Shown in pieces: positions 7,314-12,936 of a DNA stretch of 12,936 nt (its first letter is position 1; every line of letters begins with the position of its first letter). The translations under genes were made by a program, and so were the position numbers. Source of the stretch: Candidatus Eiseniibacteriota bacterium (GTDB taxonomy: Bacteria; Eisenbacteria; RBG-16-71-46; JABDJR01; JAWXBZ01); contig JAWXBZ010000005.1 in the NCBI GenBank assembly GCA_034440375.1, positions 1 through 12,936 on the forward strand. Direction: 5' to 3'. The notes under the pieces are model-generated. The model did no database searches. It was not told the DNA's origin and saw only the letters and a list, made by a program, of their open reading frames with translations.

Positions 7314-9032
7314 GTGCGAGTCCAGGGGTTCGAGCGGGAGTGGGTCATGGCCCCGTCTCCGCCTGCCATCGATGCGGACTCCATCACCCGATCGTTCGAC
7401 TTGCCGAAAGTCGGAGCCGGGATGCTCCTCCGTAGAGGTCTGACCACCGAAGCCGACATCAATCAATACTTCGATCCCCGCCTCAAATCCCTGCGCGACC
7501 CGTTCCAACTTCCCGACATGCCCGCCGCCGTTGAACGCGCCTGGCTCGCCATCGACCGCAAGGAATCAATCCTCATCCACGGTGACTACGACGTGGACGG
7601 AATGGTCGGCACCGCCTACCTGGTTCGGATGCTCGCCGCGATGGGGGCAAAGACCAGCTACTTCCTGCCGGATCGGGTCCGGGACGGCTATGGCATCGGC
7701 CCGGCCGGCCTCGCCGCCGCTCTCGAGCGGGGCGCCCGCCTCATCATTTGCGTCGATTGCGGCGTCACCGCAGTCGAGGCAGCCCTGGCCGCTCGTTGTG
7801 CCGACATCGATCTCATCATCCTCGACCATCACCAGCCCCCGACCACTCTGCCCGTGGCCGTGGCGGTTGTCGACGCCCTTCGCATCGACGCGACCTATCC
7901 CTTCCAGGGACTGTGCGGCGTCGGCGTGGCGGCCAAGTTCATCCAGGCGATGGCCATGTCGCGGCCGGGGAAGCTCGATCCCGCCGTGTACGTGGAGGCG
8001 CTCCAGCTCGTGGCGCTCGGCACGATTGCCGATGTCGTGCCGCTGCTCGACGAGAACCGAACCTTCGTGATGCACGGATTGAAGGCGCTGGCCCGATCCA
8101 GGTATCCGGGTGTGGCGGCGCTGGCTGGCCTCGCCCGCCTGTCGGGGGCGACCATCACGGCCGAGCAGGTGGCCTACCAGCTGGCGCCCCGGCTCAATGC
8201 GGCCGGCCGGATGGGCGTGCCCTCGCTTGGGGTCGAACTGCTGCTGGCCACGAACCCGGAGCGGGGTGAGTTCCTGGCGCGTGAACTCGACAGTCTCAAT
8301 TTGCGTCGTCGCGAATCGGATCAGTCGGTCACGCAGTCCGCGCGGGCCATGGTCATGGCCACGCCCACGCCTCCTCCGTTCCTGGTGCTCTGGTCCGAAG
8401 ACTGGCCGGCCGGAGTCATCGGCATTGCGGCCGCCCGCGTGGCCGAAGAATTTCGCCGCCCCACTCTGTTGATCAGCATGAACGGTGCCATTGGTCGCGG
8501 CTCGGCCCGCTCGTACGCCGGCCTTGACGTGGGGCAGGCCTTTGCCCGGGCGGGCGACCTCCTGGTGGCTCACGGCGGCCATCGCCAGGCGGCCGGCCTG
8601 TCGGTTCATCGCGATAATCTCGAGCAACTCCGTGAGCGACTGATCATCATGGCCATGGAGGAGCCGGGCGAACCGGGTCTTCTGCCCCTGTCACTCGAAG
8701 CGGAGCTCGAGCCGGCTCTTGTCGATGCGTCCCTGATGACGTTCCTGGACCGGCTGGCACCATTTGGTGCCGGCACTCCCGAACCGCTCTTTCTGCTGCG
8801 CGGACTGCAACTGCTCCAGCCCCCCCGGATTGTCGGCACCGACCACCTGAAACTCACCGTGTCGGCCGGCGGCCGTCCCATGGGCGCCATCGGCTTCGGA
8901 CTCGGCCGCCACGCCGGCGCCATTCGACAGGCGGGTGGTCCGATCGCACTGGCGGCCACGCCCGCCCCGGACGAATGGAAGGGGGGCGGCGCCATTCAGC
9001 TCAAGTTCCGCGATGCGAGGGTGGACGAATGA
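7314..9032 (+). CDS. recJ: Single-stranded-DNA-specific exonuclease RecJ
   Basis: DHH-family motifs GDYDVDG, VDCG, LDHH, LVALGTIADV, PRLNAAGR, GSARS, GGH, and LAPFG...HLKL in the C-terminal region. GTG start with SD GGAGG. Confidence 0.97.
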   Translation: MRVQGFEREWVMAPSPPAIDADSITRSFDLPKVGAGMLLRRGLTTEADINQYFDPRLKSLRDPFQLPDMPAAVERAWLAIDRKESILIHGDYDVDGMVGTAYLVRMLAAMGAKTSYFLPDRVRDGYGIGPAGLAAALERGARLIICVDCGVTAVEAALAARCADIDLIILDHHQPPTTLPVAVAVVDALRIDATYPFQGLCGVGVAAKFIQAMAMSRPGKLDPAVYVEALQLVALGTIADVVPLLDENRTFVMHGLKALARSRYPGVAALAGLARLSGATITAEQVAYQLAPRLNAAGRMGVPSLGVELLLATNPERGEFLARELDSLNLRRRESDQSVTQSARAMVMATPTPPPFLVLWSEDWPAGVIGIAAARVAEEFRRPTLLISMNGAIGRGSARSYAGLDVGQAFARAGDLLVAHGGHRQAAGLSVHRDNLEQLRERLIIMAMEEPGEPGLLPLSLEAELEPALVDASLMTFLDRLAPFGAGTPEPLFLLRGLQLLQPPRIVGTDHLKLTVSAGGRPMGAIGFGLGRHAGAIRQAGGPIALAATPAPDEWKGGGAIQLKFRDARVDE

Positions 9033-11230
9033 GCCTCCCGCCCGGCCAGGCCGACCTCATCCACGACGGACTTCAGGAGATGATCGAGGCGCGGGGACTC
9101 GACGTCGATCGGGCCGCGCTTCGTCAGGCCTTCGACTTTTCGTACAACGCCCACGGCAAGCAACTGCGCGCCTCGGGCGAGCCGTACATGGTTCATCCGG
9201 TGGAGGTGGTCAAGATCCTGATCGAGCTCCTCGATCGCAGGGTCGACACCACGCTGCTCGGGGCCGCGCTCTTGCACGATGTGGTTGAGGACACGAAGAT
9301 TTCGATCGAGGAGATCGAAAGCGCGTTCGGACCGGAGATCGCCCACCTGGTCGACGGAGTGACCAAGATCACCGGCTTCGAATTCGCCAACACAGAGTCG
9401 GAACAGGCCGAGAACTTTCGCAAGATGCTGATGTCGATGGCCCGCGACATCCGCGTCATCCTGATCAAGCTGGGTGACCGGTTGCACAACATGCGCACGC
9501 TTGACTATCTTGCCCCCGAAAAGGCGCAGCGGATCGCCCGGGAGACCCAGGAGATTTACGCGCCGCTGGCGCACCGCCTGGGAATCGGGACAATCAAGTG
9601 GGAGCTCGAGGACCTGTCGTTCAAGCATCTCAATCGAACGTCCTACAAGGAACTGGTTGACCAGGTGGCCATGAGCCGGGCCGAGCGCGAGCGCCTGATC
9701 CTGGCCGTTCAAACGCCGATCATGCGCGACCTGGGGACCCAGGGGATCCGGGCCGAAATTTCCGGCAGGCCCAAGCACCTGTATTCGATTCACCGCAAGA
9801 TGGTCAGCCAGTCGCGGCCGTTCAGCGAGATATTCGATCTCCTCGGCGTCCGGGTGATCGTGCCGAAGAAGGCTGATTGCTACCGGGTGCTGGGGGTGCT
9901 CCATGATCTGTTCACGCCGGTGCACGAGCGGTTCAAGGATTACATCGCCACGCCCAAGGGGAACATGTACCAGTCCCTGCATACGACGGTCATCGGCCCC
10001 GAACACAAGATGGTCGAGATCCAGATCCGCACAAATGACATGCACAAGACGGCCGAGCTCGGCATCGCCGCGCATTACTCCTACAAGGAGGGGCATGGCC
10101 CGGACGCCGAGCTCGACCAGAAGCTGGGCAGTCTCTTCGGCGATGCCGGATTCTGGAGTGGCGACACGTCCGGCGATCCCGGTGAGTTCCTGGATTTCCT
10201 CAAGACCTCGCTGTACCAGGAAGAGGTCTTCGTGTTCACGCCGAAGGGGGAGCTCAAGCACCTTCCCAAGGGTTCGACGCCGCTTGATTTGGCCTACCAG
10301 ATCCACACCGACATCGGAAACAAGACCGTCGGCGCGCGCGTCGGCGGGAAGATCGTCAGCCTGAAGTACGAACTGAAGAACGGCGATTCGGTGCAGATCA
10401 TCACGTCCCCCAGCGCCCATCCGACGGACGAGTGGCTGTCGATCGTCAAGTCGAGCCGCGCCCGGCAAAAGGTGCGGCGCTGGCTCACCGAGCAGCGAAT
10501 GGAGCACTCGGTCAATCTCGGCCGCGACATGCTCGAGCGGGAGGGTCGGCGATTTCACAAGAAATTGCCCGGGGTCAGGGAAATGATTGATACGGCCCAG
10601 TCGTTCGGTTTTCCCGATGTCGAGCGGCTGCTCCGTTCGGTGGGTGAGGGGCATACCGGCGCGCATAACGTGTTGACACGGATCTATCCCGAGATCATCC
10701 AGAGGCGGGATGCGCCGACACCGCTGGAGAAGATTCGTGATTTCGCGGTCGGTGGCGGAAAGGGAATCCGGATCCAGGACGTGGGAAACCTGATGATCGT
10801 CTTTGCCCGTTGTTGCCAGCCGGTACCCGGGGATCAGGTCATCGGCGTGGTCACGCGGGGCCGCGGCCTTTCGGTTCATCGAATTGATTGCCCGAACGGC
10901 TTCGAGGACAAGGTCGGCAAGGATCGACGGACGGAGCTGAACTGGGATGTCAGCGAGGAGAAGGCATTCATCGTCAAGCTGATCATCCACGGCGACGACC
11001 GCCAGAGTTTTCTGGCCGACGTGGCCAACGCCGTCAGCGGCACCAAGACCAACATCAAGAATGCCGACATCAAATCAGTCGATGGCGAAGCCCTCGGCAT
11101 CTTCCTCATCGAGGTGAAAAACCTGGCCCATCTACAACGCGTTATCAAGGCCATCCGCAACATCCGAGGCGTCACCAGCGTCGAGCGGCACCAGGTGCTC
11201 GGCGAGGACGAGGGCGAGACGCGGCACTGA
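9029..11230 (+). CDS. relA: Bifunctional (p)ppGpp synthetase/hydrolase, long RSH (Rel/SpoT)
   Basis: Intact HD hydrolase motifs ([28 protein letters not shown]). Synthetase [19 protein letters not shown] and EIQIRT. TGS (VFVFTPKG), ZFD (CCQPVPGD...HRIDC) and C-terminal ACT. ATG 9029 overlaps the recJ stop (ATGA). Confidence 0.96.
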   Translation: MSLPPGQADLIHDGLQEMIEARGLDVDRAALRQAFDFSYNAHGKQLRASGEPYMVHPVEVVKILIELLDRRVDTTLLGAALLHDVVEDTKISIEEIESAFGPEIAHLVDGVTKITGFEFANTESEQAENFRKMLMSMARDIRVILIKLGDRLHNMRTLDYLAPEKAQRIARETQEIYAPLAHRLGIGTIKWELEDLSFKHLNRTSYKELVDQVAMSRAERERLILAVQTPIMRDLGTQGIRAEISGRPKHLYSIHRKMVSQSRPFSEIFDLLGVRVIVPKKADCYRVLGVLHDLFTPVHERFKDYIATPKGNMYQSLHTTVIGPEHKMVEIQIRTNDMHKTAELGIAAHYSYKEGHGPDAELDQKLGSLFGDAGFWSGDTSGDPGEFLDFLKTSLYQEEVFVFTPKGELKHLPKGSTPLDLAYQIHTDIGNKTVGARVGGKIVSLKYELKNGDSVQIITSPSAHPTDEWLSIVKSSRARQKVRRWLTEQRMEHSVNLGRDMLEREGRRFHKKLPGVREMIDTAQSFGFPDVERLLRSVGEGHTGAHNVLTRIYPEIIQRRDAPTPLEKIRDFAVGGGKGIRIQDVGNLMIVFARCCQPVPGDQVIGVVTRGRGLSVHRIDCPNGFEDKVGKDRRTELNWDVSEEKAFIVKLIIHGDDRQSFLADVANAVSGTKTNIKNADIKSVDGEALGIFLIEVKNLAHLQRVIKAIRNIRGVTSVERHQVLGEDEGETRH

Positions 11231-11274
11231 TGCGAGTGTCAGCGCCGATGCAACATCAGATTTTGGCAGCCTGA
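11230..11274 (+). other. 14-codon mini-[17 protein letters not shown] linking the rel stop and the dtd start
   Basis: ATG 11230-11232 overlaps the rel TGA, and TGA 11272-11274 overlaps the dtd ATG. Flanked by a CTGATGCG direct repeat. Translation is unproven. Confidence 0.35.
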
Positions 11275-12518
11275 TGCGCGCCCTGATTCAACGGGTCGCG
11301 CGGGCTTCCGTGACGGCCGGCGATCACCACGCCGCGATCGGTCCCGGCCTCCTGATTTTCCTGGGCGTTCGCCGCGGCGACACGGTCGCGGATGCGGTCT
11401 GGCTGGCGAAAAAGTGTGCCGGCCTGCGCATCTTCGAAGATGACGCCGGCAGGATGAACCGCGGCCTGCTCGAGATCGATGGCGAGGCACTGGTCGTCTC
11501 ACAGTTCACGCTGTACGGCGATGCCGATCGTGGTCGTCGGCCGTCGTTTGTCCTGGCGGCGCCGCCCGAGGAAGCGAATCGGCTCTACGAGGAGTTCGTC
11601 ATCGCACTCCGCGCGGAGGGGGTGCGCCAGGTGGGCACCGGTGTTTTTCAGGCGATGATGAGCGTCGAGCTGGTCAATGATGGGCCGGTGACAGTGATGG
11701 TGGAGTCTCGGCCCGGAATGAGTACCTCGAGTTGGCAAGGCCCGGCGGGCGGAGCCGCAGTGACCGCCGGGTGCGGCGATTCGGCCGCACAGGACTCGGT
11801 CCAGGCCGAGCTCGGTGGACCTGTGAGCGACACAGATACCAGAAACCCGGCCCAGGCCGGGTCAGCCGGATTGTTCGCGGCCGAATCGGCGCGGACCGCG
11901 CTGGCACGTCATCTGCTGTCCTGCCCGGACCCACTGGTGCTGGCCTCCGCATCACCGCGCCGGACAGAGATCCTGGCGCGGGCAGGAATTTCCCATATCA
12001 CGGCGCCAGTGCACGCCGATGAATCGACGCCCCCGGACCAGCCCCCCCTCATGGCCGCCGGGACGATCGCGCGTCGCAAGGCCATGGCCGCGGCGTCAAC
12101 GTGGGTCGGGCGGTGGATTCTGGCTGCCGATACCATTGTTGACTCGGCCGGCCAGGCGTTCGGCAAGCCGGTCGATGACGACGATGCCCGGGCCATGCTG
12201 GGGCAGCTCTCCGGTCGAGAGCATTGGGTGCACACCGGCCTGGCGCTGGTCTCGCCTGGCGGCGTTCTTTTCTCGGGGGTCGAGTCAACCCGCGTCATCT
12301 TCAGAGATCTCATGCCGGAGGAGATCGAACACTACGTCCGGTCCGGCGAGCCGCGTGACAAGGCCGGCGCCTACGCCATCCAGGGGATCGGCGGACTCCT
12401 CATCGAACGGATCAACGGTTCATACGATAATGTGGTGGGCCTGCCGCTGAACCAACTCCTGGCCCTTTTTCGTGAGGCGCTGGGGCAGGGGGTAGCGAGG
12501 CCTGTTGAAGACGGCTAG
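11274..12518 (+). CDS. dtd: Fusion of D-aminoacyl-tRNA deacylase (aa 1-145), a ~74-aa linker, and Maf/YhdE-type dTTP/UTP pyrophosphatase (aa ~220-414)
   Basis: Dtd motifs [32 protein letters not shown]. Maf motifs [40 protein letters not shown]. One continuous frame with no stop between the domains. Confidence 0.9.
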   Translation: MRALIQRVARASVTAGDHHAAIGPGLLIFLGVRRGDTVADAVWLAKKCAGLRIFEDDAGRMNRGLLEIDGEALVVSQFTLYGDADRGRRPSFVLAAPPEEANRLYEEFVIALRAEGVRQVGTGVFQAMMSVELVNDGPVTVMVESRPGMSTSSWQGPAGGAAVTAGCGDSAAQDSVQAELGGPVSDTDTRNPAQAGSAGLFAAESARTALARHLLSCPDPLVLASASPRRTEILARAGISHITAPVHADESTPPDQPPLMAAGTIARRKAMAAASTWVGRWILAADTIVDSAGQAFGKPVDDDDARAMLGQLSGREHWVHTGLALVSPGGVLFSGVESTRVIFRDLMPEEIEHYVRSGEPRDKAGAYAIQGIGGLLIERINGSYDNVVGLPLNQLLALFREALGQGVARPVEDG

Positions 12519-12603
12519 CCTGTCTCCGGTCGCGAGTCGGCAACCCCGACCTCCGCCCACCCATGAACCTGATCGTCCAACAGTCCCATTCGGAGATTCC
12601 CTC

Positions 12604-12936
12604 ATGATCGAGACCGTTCGCTGGAAGGGGGGACAGGTCCGCTGGATCGACCAGCGCCTGTTGCCCGGCCGCCTTCAGTTCATTGAATCGTCCGATCTGG
12701 AGGAACTGGCCCAGGCGATCGAGACGCTGGCGGTACGCGGCGCACCGGCCATCGGCATTGCCGCCGCGTTCGGCATCGCCCTGGCCGCGCATCGGGCTGC
12801 CCTCGCTGGCCGGCCGATGACACTGGCCTTGACCGAAGCCGACGCCCGACTGCGCCGCACGCGACCGACTGCCGTCAACCTTTTCTGGGCGCTCGACCGC
12901 ATGGCCCGTGTCGGCAGCGCCGCCGCCAGCGCATCC
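12604..12936 (+). CDS. mtnA: S-methyl-5-thioribose-1-phosphate isomerase (eIF-2B-like family); 3' end runs off the window
   Basis: Manual translation MIETVRWKGGQVRWIDQRLLPG...LAVRGAPAIGIAAAFG...TRPTAVNLFWALDRM gives the signature motifs DQxxLP, VRGAPAI and RPTAVNL. SD GGAG at 12592-12595. Not in the ORF track. Confidence 0.95.
   Translation, partial: MIETVRWKGGQVRWIDQRLLPGRLQFIESSDLEELAQAIETLAVRGAPAIGIAAAFGIALAAHRAALAGRPMTLALTEADARLRRTRPTAVNLFWALDRMARVGSAAASAS

Noticed and set aside
8996-10990. 664-aa antisense ORF opposite rel (likewise 721-1713, 4955-5731 and 7566-8627)
   Set aside because: These lie opposite well-supported genes and have no recognisable motifs; long shadow ORFs are expected from GC-rich codon usage.
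12495-12600. CGGCAACC upstream of mtnA, resembling the SAM-I/SAM-IV riboswitch core
   Set aside because: The downstream GGTGC partner strand and the other conserved aptamer elements are not visible; only a 5-bp hairpin (GTCGG/CCGAC) is present. An Rfam scan would settle it.

Overview
GC-rich window from a diderm bacterium, with no mobile element, CRISPR array, rRNA or tRNA detected. At the left edge, a minus-strand zinc-ribbon protein with a Gly-rich tail (truncated, missed by the ORF track) is separated by a ~680-bp divergent intergenic region from a plus-strand gene run. The first four plus-strand genes overlap each other and encode envelope proteins: an Omp85/BamA-family barrel lacking recognisable POTRA domains but carrying an N-terminal HExxH metallopeptidase-like domain and a TolB/PD40 propeller, a BamB-like PQQ-propeller lipoprotein, a PEGA-domain protein, and an FN3/NHL-propeller lipoprotein. 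These are followed by recJ, a bifunctional rel (RelA/SpoT), one ORF fusing Dtd to a YhdE-type Maf pyrophosphatase, and the start of mtnA (truncated, missed by the ORF track). The most interesting items are the candidate non-canonical outer-membrane machine, the Dtd-Maf fusion (which may result from a single-base frameshift), a 14-codon mini-ORF bridging rel and dtd, and a patterned leader upstream of the zinc-ribbon gene. All calls come from motif reading by eye; no searches were run.
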